Part shown: positions 63,321-64,000 of the stretch, one piece after another | How positions within the stretch are numbered: position 1 is the first letter of the stretch | How the letters are laid out: each line of letters begins with the position of its first letter | Source: Squalus acanthias | Lineage: Eukaryota | DNA: 64,000 nt | Assembly: GCA_030390025.1 (NCBI GenBank) | Contig: CM059425.1 | Location: 171,618,001 to 171,682,000, forward strand | Direction: 5' to 3' | The notes under the pieces: generated by a model | Databases searched by the model: none | What the model was told of the DNA's origin: nothing | Seen by the model: the letters and a program-made list of their open reading frames with translations, nothing else | Translations under genes and position numbers: made by a program

Positions 63321-64000
63321 AGCCGATGACACAACTGCTTTCATTTACATTTACAATGCACTCCAAATGTACAAAAACACTTCTCAAACATTTAGGGGAA
63401 AAAAGGGGTGTTCTTCAGCTGAATTTATCAAATGAACACGAAGACTAATGTTCAAAAGAGAATTAAAATTCCTAAAATACAAGGGCAGATGTGACAGTTC
63501 CCCAGTCTTCTCCCTGGGAACGTCTGACAGTGGAGGGGTGAGTGCCAAGCAATCTTAAATCAAAACAAAAATACAGGAAACGTACAGCAGGGCAATCATC
63601 ATCAGAAAGACAAATTAATGATGCTGCTGTGACCTCTCATTAGAATTGCTGAGGATCACAGCTAAGATATCAACTTATCAACATTCTCCCATATGCTGAT
63701 TGACCTACTGTGCACTTCAAGCAATTACAGTTTATATTTCAGATTTCCAGCATTCATGTTTTTTTTCTTTATCACTGCTAAGTGATCTTGATGTTTTACT
63801 TCCTTTCACACTTTTTTGCCTGTACTCCATTTGACATACGGTTAACTTATCTGCCTAACTAGAACCCTCTTGGTGTCAGATCCCAATCAGTAAGCTGTAA
63901 AACGCTTCAGTACTTCTCTCCTGGGCTCCTGACCAGAATAACACAGCCAGAGGCATTTTTACAAAAAAAAATTTAAGTATTTCCCCTTTTGAGTAAAGAT

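Overview
Eukaryotic genomic DNA, very probably from a cartilaginous fish (shark), judged by the repeat complement: HER1-type CR1 LINEs, an HE1/V-SINE, Penelope pseudo-LTRs and a DeuSINE-like family. I can support only one host coding exon. It is a 131-nt minus-strand internal exon (56436-56566) encoding a leucine-rich-repeat segment of FBXL17, so the rest of the window is most likely two long introns of that gene. The introns are packed with heavily nested transposable elements: CR1, L2, Penelope, several SINEs, PIF/Harbinger-group MITEs and relics, a pogo-like MITE and a probable solo LTR. Most ORFs in the track are TE-derived or spurious. Two signals stand out. (1) An ORF1-less EN-RT LINE carries a tRNA-derived head, and short SINEs nearby consist of the same head joined to the same tail. 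(2) Penelope-type minimal hammerhead ribozyme motifs are present, including a perfect 88-bp-arm palindrome with back-to-back copies and an 11-bp target duplication. Family names come from recognition, not database searches, and many boundaries are approximate.
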